Shown: piece after piece, positions 42,890 to 53,705 of the stretch
Layout: the number at the start of each line of letters is the position of its first letter
Position numbering within the stretch: position 1 is the first letter of the stretch
Assembly (NCBI GenBank): GCA_963836075.1
Contig: CAWIIB010000009.1
Span: 800,001-864,000 of the forward strand
Length of the DNA: 64,000 nucleotides
Reading direction: 5' to 3'
Source: an uncultured Acidobacteriota bacterium
GTDB lineage: Bacteria; Acidobacteriota; JAQAZP01
Position numbers and translations under genes: made by a program
Notes under the pieces: generated by a model
Seen by the model: the letters and a program-made list of their open reading frames with translations, nothing else
Database searches by the model: none
Told to the model about the DNA's origin: nothing

Positions 42890-45800
42890 ATGTTCGCCAT
42901 ATTTGCCCGTTCCGCCCTGGCGGCCCTGACCCTGGTCATGGCGCTGGCCCTTTCCATCCCCGCGGCAGCCGACCAGAGCCCGACACCGCAGATCATCCCC
43001 GTGCAGGGGTCCGACACGCTGGTCAAACTCATGCCCGGCGGGGAAGCCTACCAGGTGAGCCTGGACAGCGGGGAGCAGTTCAGCCGCACCCTGCCGCGAC
43101 GGCACACCATCGCGCTGCACGGCGGCTCCTTCGACCCGCTCTCCGCTGACATCGGTGCCCGGAGTCTGGAGATCCCCGGGAAGCTGCGGGCCGCCACCGA
43201 CAGCAGGGCCTATATCGTGCAGTTCGTCACCCCGCCGCTGCCGGCCTACCGTGAAGCGATCCGCCGCCTGGGCGGCACCACCCACCAGTTCGTGCCCCAC
43301 CAGGCACTTCTGGTGCGGATCGACCCCGGCCGGCTGGCCGAGCTCACCGCCCTGCCCTTTGTGCGCTGGGCCGGCCCCTGGCACCCTGCTTTCCGGCTGG
43401 AGGGCGTGCTGGTGGAGATGCTCGCCGCGGAGAAAGCCGACCCGGCGCCCCGGCGCTACTCGATCATGGCCCTGGAACGGGGCCCGGCCATGCAGCAGTC
43501 GCTGGCCGAGCGGATCGAGCTGTCCGGCGGCACGGTGGAGTTGACCATCCCCGAGGGCTTCCGCCTGGAGGCCACCCTCACCCCGGACCAGCTGCTGCAG
43601 TTGACCCGCTCGGACGAAGTGCTGTTCATCGACCGCTGGAGCCCGCCGGAACCGGACATGAACAACGCCCGCGAAATCGGTGGGGCCAACCACATCGAGA
43701 CGGTGGCCGGCTACACCGGCCAGGGTGTGCGGGCCGAAGTGATGGACGGCGGGTGCCGTACCACTCACCAGGACTTCCAGAGCAATCCGCCGATCTACCA
43801 TGGGGCCACCTGGTCCGATTTCTATCACGGCACCCAGACCTTCGGTATCAACTTCGGCGACGGCACCGGCAACCCCAACGCCCGGGGCATGCTGCCCGAT
43901 GCCCAGGGGATCTTCGCCAGCTACAACCGCCTGACCAACCGCTACACCCACACCGCCCGGCTCGTCGATCCGGAAGGGGATTACCGGGCGGTGTTCCAGT
44001 CCAACAGCTGGGGAAACAGCACGACCACCACCTACGACACGTATTCAGCCGAGATTGACGACATCCTCTTTCTCAACGACATCGTGATCACCCAGTCCCA
44101 GAGCAATACGGGCAATCGCTCTTCACGGCCCCAGGCCTGGGCCAAGAACATCGTTTCGGTGGGCGCGGTCTACCATCACAACACCCTGACCCGCGACGAC
44201 GACGAGTGGTCGTACGGGGCCAGCATCGGCCCGGCCGCCGACGGCCGGATCAAGCCCGACCTCTGCCACTTCTACGACGACACCCTGACCACCGGGTATC
44301 CAGCGACACCTCGTACGACACCGGCTTCGGCGGCACCAGCGGCGCCACACCGATCACCGCCGGCCACTTCGGCCTGCTGTTCCAGATGTGGGCCGACGGC
44401 ATCTTCACCGGCAACCCGGGGGCGGGTGCGGATGTCTTCGACAGCCGGCCGCACATGACCACGGCCAAGGCGCTGATGATCAACACCGCCAGCCCCTACG
44501 ACTTCAGCGGCGACGACCACGACCTGACCCGGGTGCACCAGGGCTGGGGCCTGGCCCACGTGGGCGACCTCTACGACCAGGCCGAGGCGAGCAACTGGCG
44601 GCTGCCGCTGGTGATCGACGAGACCGAGGTGATCGAACCCTTCCAGGTTCACAGCTATGACCTGGCGGTGAGCGGGACGGGAGCCTGGTTCAAGGTGACC
44701 ATGGTCTACGCCGACCCCATGGGCAACCCGGGCGGCGGTCTGGCCCGGATCAACGACCTTTCGCTGCGGGTGACCGGGCCTGACGGCGAGTACTTCGGCA
44801 ACCGCGGTCTGCGCACCGGGAACTGGTCCGAAGATGTGGGTGACTTCCCCAACGACTTCGACACGGTGGAGAATGTCTTCCTCCAGAATCCGACCCCCGG
44901 CCAGTGGCGCATCGAGATCATGGCCGACGAGATCATCGAGGACGGTCACCCCGAGACCACTGAGCTGGACGCCGACTACGCGCTGGTGGTCACCGGCCCG
45001 GTGCAGATTGCCGGATTCGGCGCACCCACCATCCTGGTTGGACCGGGCTCCAAGCCGACCAACGCCACCGCGGTGCGCGGCTACTCCACCACCGGTGAAG
45101 CCAATCCCGATATCGATTTCGACGCCTACCCGACGGTGGAGGGCTACGGCACCAACGTGGCCGCCGGCGACATCGAGGGCAGCGGGTTCGACGTGATCGT
45201 CACCGGACCGGGGCCCGGGCCGGTGAACCCGCCGCTGGTGCGCGCCTTTGCCGGCGACGGCACCGCCATCCCCGGGATGGAGTTCCTGGCCTACGGCGTG
45301 GAATCCTACGGGGTCAACGTCGCCTGCGGCGACCTGGACGGCGACGGCATCGACGAGATGGTCACCGGTCCCGGACCGGGGGCGATCTTCGGCCCTCACG
45401 TCCGCGGCTGGAGTGCAGCCGGCGGCAGCGTTGCGTCGATGCCCGGCGTCAACTTCTTTGCCTACGGCACCCTGAAGTACGGCGCCAACGTGGCCTGCGC
45501 CGACATCGACGGTGACGGCATGGACGAGATCATCACCGGCGCCGGGCCGGGAGCGGTCTTCGGGCCCCACGTCCGCGGCTGGAACTATGACGGCGGCACC
45601 CTGGCCTCCATACCCGGGGTGAGCTACTTCGCCTACGGCACCCTCAAGTGGGGGGTCAACGTGGTTGGCGCCGACATCGACGGTGACGGCATCGACGAGA
45701 TGGTCACCGGCGCCGGGCCGGGAGCGGTCTTCGGGCCCCACGTGCGCGGCTGGAACTACGACGGTACCGCGCTGGCCTCGATCCCCGGGGTGAGCTTCTT

Positions 45801-46032
45801 TGCCTACGGCACCAACGAGTATGGGGTGCGGGTCTCCTGCGGCGACGTGGACGGCGACGGCATGGACGAGATCATCACCTCGCCCGGCCCGGGGCCGGCC
45901 TTTGCGGCGCACATCCGCGGCTGGAACTATGACGGGATGACCCTGGAGTCCATCCCCTCGCTCAACTTCCTCGCCTTCGCCGACACCAACTTCCGCCGCG
46001 GCGCCAGCACGGCGGTGGCCATGCTGGAGTAG
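42890..46032 (+). CDS. Secreted S8 (subtilisin-like) peptidase with C-terminal DxDGDG/GPGPG repeat module; frameshift near 44297
   Basis: Triad EVMDGG / HGTQTFG / GGTSGATP, plus SNSWG, DGRIKPD and QGWG. ORFs 42821..44458 and 44206..46032. Confidence 0.9.
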
Positions 46033-46049
46033 AACAGTTCCGGTAACCG

Positions 46050-48512
46050 ATGGTGAGGGACGTGCCAGCACAGCGATCCAGACGGGGGGATGTTCGGCGG
46101 AGCATCCACCTCGGATTGCTGGTGCTGGCCATCACCCTCCTCTTTCTTCCTGCCTGCCGTGAAGAACCGGCACCCGCCCCCGACCCCGGCGGATCAGCCC
46201 CCTCCGGATACATCCCCCTTGCCCCGCTGATGAAGATGACCGCCGGGCCGCTGCTCGACAATGAGATCGCTCCCCTCCAGCCCCGCCTGCTCCACGCCGC
46301 CGAACGCCGCGACGACGAGACCGTGATCAGCGGCCGGATCATCCGCCCGGAGTGGTATGCCTACGACCCGGATCACGGACCGCAGGCCATGGATCATCCG
46401 GCCGGAACCCCGGGGATGCTGCCGCTGGACCCGGAAGAGACCGGCCGGGCCTTCCTGATGACCAGCCAGATCAAGTTCGCCGAGGTGGACCTGGTGGCGA
46501 TCGATATCTCCTGCGAGCAGCAGGGACTGCTCTCCTTTGTCTGGGACAACGAGGCATTTCCCCGGGGGGAGCTGCCCAGCAGCTACCTCTTCAGCCTTGA
46601 CGGCCGGCCCGGCACCCGGGAATACCTGGTGCCGGTGCACGCCATGCCCAACTGGATCGGCCGGGCCCGCTGGTTCGGGCTGCAGGCGCTGGAGCTTGAA
46701 CAGCCGGCGGTGATCCACGCCATCCGCTTCCTCGAGGCCGGGCCCGCGGTTCGCCAGGCGATGCAGCAAGCCCGAGGGGAAACACCGTCGGGCCGGCTGG
46801 TGCTGGGGGATGAGAGCCGCCCGGCATTCCACGCCCCCAGCGGCACGGTGTACGAGGTGGAGACGGAAGTCCCCCAGGGTGCACTGCTGCACACCGGGTA
46901 TGGCTTCTTCCCCGATGTCTGGCGCAAGCAGCAGCGAGGCGTGATCTTCCGGGTGGAAGCGCTGACCGAGGGGGATGGCCAGAGCCGGGTCCTGCTGGAC
47001 AGGTTTCTCGACCCCAAAGACTGGATCGGGTCGAGGCTCTGGCAGGACGAACAGCTCGACCTCGGGGAGCTGGCCGGCCGGAGTGTGACCCTGCGCTTCT
47101 CCACCCTGCTGCCGGAGCCCGGCGAGGGGGACGAAGAAAAGCCGGCGCCCGGGCCGCTGGACAACTATGCCGCCTGGAGCCCGCCGGCCCTGGTGGTGCA
47201 CGGCTCCCGGAACCTCGAAGCTCGGCGCAACGTCATCGTCTGGCTGGTGGACGCCCTGCGCGCCGACCGGCTCTCGGCCTACGGTGCGGACCGCCGCACC
47301 TCGCCGCACCTCGACCGCCTGGTGCGTGAGGGGCTGCTCTTCACCCGGCCCCGGGCCCAGGCCTCCTGGACCGCGGCCTCCACCGGCTCGCTGTTCACCG
47401 CCCTCTACCCCTCGCGCCACGGCGCCGAGCGGGAGAAGCAGCGGCTGCTCCCCGGCTGCGTCACCCTGGCCGAACGGCTGGAAGCCGCCGGCTTCTTCAC
47501 CATGGGCCTGGTGGCCAACGGCCACGTGAAACCGCTGATGAACTTCGACCAGGGCTTTGACCGCTACGCCTTCCTCCGCGGCCGCGGCGACCCGCCCCAC
47601 GCCGCCGCCGACCTGGTGCTCCAGCACCTGCGCCCCATGCTGGAGCAGGCCGCCGACAAACCGTTTTACCTCTACGTGCACAGCGTCGACCCCCACGGGC
47701 CGTATAGTCCGCTGGCGCCCTACGACTCGCTTTTCACACCGTCGGGTTACGAAGGGACGATCGACGGCAGCTATCAGCCAGACGACTTCCGCGGCCGGCC
47801 GCTGGACCAGGTGAGCGAGGCGGACCTGGCCCAGCTGAAGGGGCTCTACGACGGCGAGATCGCCTGGAGCGACCTGCACCTGGGGATGCTGGTGGCCGAG
47901 CTGCGCCAACTGGGCCTGCTGGAGAAGACGCTGATCCTGGTCACCGGCGACCACGGCGAGGAGTTCCTCGACCACGGAGGCTGGGACCACGCCCGGACGC
48001 TCTACAGCGAACAGCTGCGGGTGCCGCTGGCCGGACGGCTGCCAATTGACGCACGGCAGGACCACCCCGCCGGCAGCGTGATTCATGAACCGGCCCGTCT
48101 GGTGGACATCTACCCCTCGGTGCTCGACTTTCTCGGGGTGGCGTCCAGCCCGGACCAGCTGGCCGGTCTGGACGGCCGGTCGTTTTTCACCGGGGCGGAG
48201 GTCGGCAGGACCGGCGAAGGGGAGCGCCTGCTCTTCAGCGAGGAGAACAAGGCCGAGGACCTGCTCTTCTCAGTGGAGCAGGGCCGCTACAAGCTGATCC
48301 GCCGGCTGAAGCCCGAACCCGGGGACGAGCTCTACGACCTGCAGGCCGACCCGGGGGAGACACGCGACATCGCCGCCGATTACCCCGAGCTGGCAGAGCG
48401 CCTGGCCGAAGCCGGTGAAGAGATCCGCCGCCGTCGATCACCGGAGCGGCAGGCCGTGGAACTGGACCAGGCCACCCGGGAGGAGCTCCGGGCCCTGGGC
48501 TACATGGAGTAG
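46050..48512 (+). CDS. Sulfatase/alkaline-phosphatase-superfamily lipoprotein
   Basis: NVIVWLVDALRAD, SWTAASTGSLFT, HSVDPHGPY, YDGEI, GDHGEEF, ELYDL..DPGE, LRALGY. Confidence 0.88.
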   Translation: MVRDVPAQRSRRGDVRRSIHLGLLVLAITLLFLPACREEPAPAPDPGGSAPSGYIPLAPLMKMTAGPLLDNEIAPLQPRLLHAAERRDDETVISGRIIRPEWYAYDPDHGPQAMDHPAGTPGMLPLDPEETGRAFLMTSQIKFAEVDLVAIDISCEQQGLLSFVWDNEAFPRGELPSSYLFSLDGRPGTREYLVPVHAMPNWIGRARWFGLQALELEQPAVIHAIRFLEAGPAVRQAMQQARGETPSGRLVLGDESRPAFHAPSGTVYEVETEVPQGALLHTGYGFFPDVWRKQQRGVIFRVEALTEGDGQSRVLLDRFLDPKDWIGSRLWQDEQLDLGELAGRSVTLRFSTLLPEPGEGDEEKPAPGPLDNYAAWSPPALVVHGSRNLEARRNVIVWLVDALRADRLSAYGADRRTSPHLDRLVREGLLFTRPRAQASWTAASTGSLFTALYPSRHGAEREKQRLLPGCVTLAERLEAAGFFTMGLVANGHVKPLMNFDQGFDRYAFLRGRGDPPHAAADLVLQHLRPMLEQAADKPFYLYVHSVDPHGPYSPLAPYDSLFTPSGYEGTIDGSYQPDDFRGRPLDQVSEADLAQLKGLYDGEIAWSDLHLGMLVAELRQLGLLEKTLILVTGDHGEEFLDHGGWDHARTLYSEQLRVPLAGRLPIDARQDHPAGSVIHEPARLVDIYPSVLDFLGVASSPDQLAGLDGRSFFTGAEVGRTGEGERLLFSEENKAEDLLFSVEQGRYKLIRRLKPEPGDELYDLQADPGETRDIAADYPELAERLAEAGEEIRRRRSPERQAVELDQATREELRALGYME

Positions 48513-48611
48513 AGCTCGCCGCGTACCCCCTTTTTCCTTTTCATGGACAATCCATTCCGGTAGCATTGCCGAAAAGGGCGTGGTGCGCCCTCCACCTCTT
48601 CGGGGGTAAAC

Positions 48612-51146
48612 ATGAAAAGACTGCTGACGATTCTCCTGGTCCTGTCTCTTTCCTCCCTTTGCGCCAACGCGGCCACCATCCGCGTGCCGACAGACCAGCC
48701 CACCATCCAGGCCGGGATCAATGCGGCATCGGACGGCGACACGGTGCTGGTGGCCGACGGCACCTACACCGGCTATGGGAACTGGGACATCAGTTTCGCC
48801 GGCAAAGCGATCATCCTCCGTTCGGAGAACGGACCACAGAACTGCATCGTCGATGCCAATGGCAAGGACCAGGTGTTCCGCATCTTCCGGGGTGAAACCA
48901 GGGGCACTGTTGTCAGCGGGCTGAAGATCATCGGCGCGAATCATTGGGGGATTGAGATCATCGACTCATCCCCGACAATCCATAACTGCGTGGTGGAGGG
49001 CAACGCCAGGGGGGTCAGGATTGATACGGAGGTGTTTGATGTCACGGCCGCCCCCTCGATCCAGGGGACCCGTGTCCGCAACAACGCCCAACAGGGAATT
49101 AAAATCGAGAACTCTTTTGCTCGCATCATCGATTCAGTGATCAGCGATAACGGCATCCCCGGCTCCGCCGGATCGGGCGGGATTTACATTCATCAAAGTA
49201 CTCTCACCCTCGAGAACTGCATTGTCAAACGTAACTTCACCACGGACGACGGGGGAGGACTTTACGCCAGCGACGGAGGCTATGGGGGGGGAGGGTGTTC
49301 TGTGCGGCTGACGAACTGCACCTTTGTCGACAACATCGCCCAGGGCTACGGTGGCGGGCTCCGCAGTGGTGATGTGAGCACTGTCCGTATGGAGAACTGC
49401 ATCTTCACCGGGAACAGCGCCGGGACCGGTGACCAGCTGGCCTTCTTCAACTGGTATTACTGGCCAAGTGATATCTCGCTCCGCTACTGCGATGTGGTGG
49501 GGGAAATCTACGACGAGACCTGGGCAGATTTCGGCCCGGGAATGCTCTATGAGGACCCGCTCTTTGTCACCGGCCCGAAAGGTGCCTTCTACCTCAGCCA
49601 GACGGCCGCCGGTCAGGGTGTGAACAGCCCCTGTGTCGATGCCGGCGACCCGGAGAACCTGATGATCCGCGGCACCACCCGCACCGACTCGGTTCTGGAT
49701 GACGGGGTGGTGGACATGGGGTATCACTATCCGGATCCAGAAGAAGCGTTGTTGCCCGACACCCTGCTGCTCAGCGGCCCCGAATCACCGTACTACAATG
49801 CCTACAATGCCCGTGTCACCACCCCGGCGGTGGTCTTCAGCTTCAGCGGCATCGACCCGGATCATCAATCCCCGGATCTCAGCTACTCCTGGCGGATAAA
49901 CGACGAACCGTGGTCCGCCTGGTCCCTCAGGACCTGGGCCGCCATCGGCGGCCTGGACGACCAGAGCCCGCAGATGATGTTCGAGGTCCGGGCCCGCGAT
50001 CCCCAGGGGGATGTGGATCCCTCACCGGCACGCCAGGGCTTCTACTACTACGAACCATGGCAGCTCGATGAACTCACCCACCTGGTCATCGGACCAGGCC
50101 CCGGGCCACACAACCCCCCGCTGGTCCGCACCAGCCAGGGTGAGTGGCTGGCCTATTCGGTGATGCGCTACGGCGTCAACTTGGCCGCCGGTGATATCGA
50201 TGGTGACGGCCTCGACGAAGTGATCACCGGACCGGGGCCGGGAGCGGTCTTCGGCCCCCATGTCCGCTGTTTCCAGCCTGACGGCACAGTGGTACACAAT
50301 GCCGGCTTCATGGCCTATGGCACTCTCAAGTACGGCGTCAAGGTGGCGGCCGGTGACGTGGACGGTGACGGCTTCGACGAGATCATCACCGGGGCGGGGC
50401 CCGGTGCCGTCTTCGGCCCCCACGTGCGCGGCTGGAACTGGGACAACGGACCGGCCGCGGCCCCGATCTCCGGCATCAACTTCTTTGCCTACGGCACCCT
50501 GCGCTGGGGGGTCAACGTGGCCTGCGGCGACATCGACGGCGACGGGATCGACGAGATCATCACCGGCGCCGGCCCTGGTGTGGAGTTCAGGCCGCACGTG
50601 CGCGGCTGGAACTTCGACGGCAGCGGGACCTCCCCGGTGAGCGGCGCGAGCTACTTCGCTTTTCCTGCGCTTCAATGGGGGGTCACCGTGGCCTGCGGCG
50701 ACATCGACGGCGACGGGCGGGACGCGATCATCACCGGCCTCGGTCCCGGGTACGATTGCGCCGCCCGTGTTCGTGCCTGGGATTACAGCAATGGCGACAT
50801 CACGCTGGTGGAGCACTACGATTTCTTTGCCTACGACTACCCCCACTTCGGCACCGTGGTGGCCGCATCTACCCTCACCGGTGGCGGCACGGACGATATC
50901 GTCACCATGCCCGGCCCCGGTCCATTGTGCAGCGCCCGGCTGGAAGCCTGGCATTTGTATGGCAGCACCGTCCAGCCTCACGGAGTTCCCTGGGGCAGGG
51001 ATTTCCTCGACAGCTGGATGACCCACGGAGGAAGCGTGGCCGGCTCTAAAAAGGGTTGGACGTGGGGGGGCGACCAGCAGAATGCCATGTCGCTTCATCT
51101 GCCTGTCGGTGATGGGCCATATCGGGAGGAGCTCGAACATGAATAG
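48612..51146 (+). CDS. Secreted right-handed beta-helix protein with C-terminal DxDGDG/GPGPG module
   Basis: ATIRVPTDQPTIQAGI..DGDTVLVADGTY, NC(T/I) beta-helix repeats, SPCVDAG..DMGYHY, Ig-like linker, repeat module. Confidence 0.85.
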   Translation: MKRLLTILLVLSLSSLCANAATIRVPTDQPTIQAGINAASDGDTVLVADGTYTGYGNWDISFAGKAIILRSENGPQNCIVDANGKDQVFRIFRGETRGTVVSGLKIIGANHWGIEIIDSSPTIHNCVVEGNARGVRIDTEVFDVTAAPSIQGTRVRNNAQQGIKIENSFARIIDSVISDNGIPGSAGSGGIYIHQSTLTLENCIVKRNFTTDDGGGLYASDGGYGGGGCSVRLTNCTFVDNIAQGYGGGLRSGDVSTVRMENCIFTGNSAGTGDQLAFFNWYYWPSDISLRYCDVVGEIYDETWADFGPGMLYEDPLFVTGPKGAFYLSQTAAGQGVNSPCVDAGDPENLMIRGTTRTDSVLDDGVVDMGYHYPDPEEALLPDTLLLSGPESPYYNAYNARVTTPAVVFSFSGIDPDHQSPDLSYSWRINDEPWSAWSLRTWAAIGGLDDQSPQMMFEVRARDPQGDVDPSPARQGFYYYEPWQLDELTHLVIGPGPGPHNPPLVRTSQGEWLAYSVMRYGVNLAAGDIDGDGLDEVITGPGPGAVFGPHVRCFQPDGTVVHNAGFMAYGTLKYGVKVAAGDVDGDGFDEIITGAGPGAVFGPHVRGWNWDNGPAAAPISGINFFAYGTLRWGVNVACGDIDGDGIDEIITGAGPGVEFRPHVRGWNFDGSGTSPVSGASYFAFPALQWGVTVACGDIDGDGRDAIITGLGPGYDCAARVRAWDYSNGDITLVEHYDFFAYDYPHFGTVVAASTLTGGGTDDIVTMPGPGPLCSARLEAWHLYGSTVQPHGVPWGRDFLDSWMTHGGSVAGSKKGWTWGGDQQNAMSLHLPVGDGPYREELEHE

Positions 51147-53571
51147 ACTGCTGACGATCCTCGTCGCCCTGGCGCTCTCCTCCCTCTGCGCTTCCGCCGC
51201 CACCATCCGCGTGCCGGCGGACCAGCCCACCATCCAGGCCGGCATCGACGCGGCGGTGGACGGTGACACGGTGCTGCTGGCCGACGGCCGCTACACCGGC
51301 GAGGGGAACCGGGGCATCGAGTTTCACGGCAAGGCGATCACCCTCCGCTCGGAGAACGGCCCGGTGAACTGCATCGTCGACGCGGAGTTCGTGGAGGAGT
51401 GGGACGAGGACGTCGTCCTCTCCTTCAGTGAGAACGAAGGCCGGAACACGGTGGTGGACGGGCTGACAATTACCGGGGGATTCAGGTGGGGAATCTACGT
51501 TAGCGATCCCGCCCTTCAACCCTCTCCGATCATTCGCAACTGCATCATTACCGGGAACAACAACGGCCTCGGTCTCGGTTACGGCTGACCGCTGGTGGAG
51601 ACCACCCGGGTGGTGGAGAACTTCGGCAATGGCATCTCTTCCAGTGGCGACAGTCACATCGTCGACTGTGTGATCAAGGACAACGGTGGCTCCGGGATCA
51701 AATGTTACGGATCCGGCAGGCTGGTGGAAAACTGTCTGATCGCGGAGAACGGGTCCGACGGCCTGGGCGGCGGGATCGAGAGCAGGTGGGGCGAGTCGAT
51801 CTTTCGCAACTGCACCATCGTCGGCAACAGCGCCGAAACCGGGGGCGGCCTGCTCATCTGGCGCGACGGATCAATCATCCTGGAGAACTGCATCGTGGCC
51901 GGCAACAGCGCCAGCGACCTGGGCGACCAGTGCGCCCTGCTGGTGGACTACTACAGTTACTACACCTATGCCGGCAGCCTGACCCTCAACCACAGCGACG
52001 TGCACGGGGAGATCCATGTCGATCCCTGGTGCGACCTCTTCACCGGTCCGGGGGTGATCGACGAGGACCCGCTCCTTGTCAGCATCCCCTGGGGCGGCTA
52101 CTACCTGAGCCAGGTGGCCGCCGGTCAGGGTGCGGACAGCCCCTGTGTCGACAGCGGCAACCCGCAAACGGAGATGGTCCACGGCACCACCCGCACCGAC
52201 TGGGCCCAGGACGACGGAACCGTCGACATGGGCTACCACTACCGGGACCCGGACGAGGGCCCCCTGCCCGACACGATCGTCACCAGCGGCCCAAAGCACT
52301 GTTCAGGGGTGAGGGTCCCGGCGGTCACCTTCGCTTTCACCAGCACAGACGAGGAGTATCCCCCCTCGGATCTCGACTACTCCTGGCGGCTGAACGACGG
52401 GCCCTGGTCCGACTGGTCATCCAACACCTGGATCGCGTTCACCGAAACGGTGCTGGAATCCTGGAACCACTTCGAGGTGCGGGCCCGTGATCCCGAGGGG
52501 GACATCGACCCGATCCCAGCGGAGCAGATTTTTTCTCAGCACGACAACTGGCCCGAAGAGCGGTATACCCGTCTCGCCGTGGGGCCCGGCCCCGGGCCGT
52601 TCAACCCCCCGGTGGTGCGGACCAGCCTCGATCAGTGGCTGGCCTACGGGGTGATGCGCTACGGGGTGAACCTGGCCGCCGGCAACATCGACGGTGACGG
52701 CCCCGACGAGCTGATCACCGGGCCGGGGCCGGGGGCGGTGTTCGGCCCCCATGTCCGCTGTTTCCGCGGCGACGGCACGGTGATCAGCGGCGCCGGCTTC
52801 CTGGCCTACGGCACCAACAAGTATGGCGTCATCGTGGCCGCCGGCGACGTGGAGGGGGACGGCTACGACGAGATCATCACCGGCGCGGGCCCGGGTGCCG
52901 TCTTCGGGCCCCACGTCCGGGGCTGGAACTGGGACGGCGGCCCGGCGGTCCAGCCGATGAACGGCATCAGCTTCTTTGCCTACGGCACCCTGACGTGGGG
53001 GGTCAACGTGGCCTGCGGCGACATCGACGGCGACGGCCGGGACGAGATCATCACCGGCGCCGGGCCCGGCGCGGTATTCGGCCCCCACGTCCGCGGCTGG
53101 AGCTACGACGACGGCGAAACCGCACCCATGGCCGGAACCAGCTTCTTTGCCTATGACACGCCCAGTTTCGGGGTCAACGTGGCCTGCGGCGACCTGGATG
53201 CCGACGGCATCGACGAGATCATCACCGGCGCCGGACCGGGCCCCACCTTCGCTTCCCACGTCCGGGCCTGGCGTTATGACGGCGCAACCGTATTCAGAAT
53301 GCCGCACGTCGACTACATCGCCTACGAGGACCTGCGCTTCGGTGTGGTGGTGAGCGCCGCCGACGTGGACGGGGACGGCCGGGACGAGATCCTCACCATG
53401 CCCGGGCCGGGGCCCGTGAACCAGGCCTGGCTGCGGGCCTGGGACGTGGAAAGCGGCACGGTATCCATGACCGGCTACCCCTGGGACTGGAACTTCCTCG
53501 ATGACTGGCTGACCCATGGCGGCCACGTGGCCGGGTCGAAGAACGGCTGGGCGCCGCCTGAAAACAAGTAG
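51139..53571 (+). CDS. Tandem paralog of 48612..51146, interrupted by an in-frame TGA at 51586-51588 (pseudogene or base error)
   Basis: Track ORFs 51082..51588 and 51595..53571 are in the same frame and colinear with the upstream paralog. Confidence 0.8.
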
Positions 53572-53705
53572 TATCCCGTAGCGGTTCATCCCCGTATAAT
53601 GAACTCAAGACCGCTCGTCCAGGGGAAGCAGATCACGAACCGCTATCCCTGGACCTCAGTGAAACCGTGCGCTCTCATCACGGCCACGTCATATCGGAGG
53701 GATGC

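Noticed and set aside
46033-46080. Possible further decayed DUF2284 scar (also considered at ~48515, and an HTH scar at ~37050-37090)
   Set aside because: Similarity is too weak to distinguish from chance by eye.
51586-51588. Selenocysteine codon
   Set aside because: Non-redox context, no Cys at the equivalent paralog position, and no evident SECIS.
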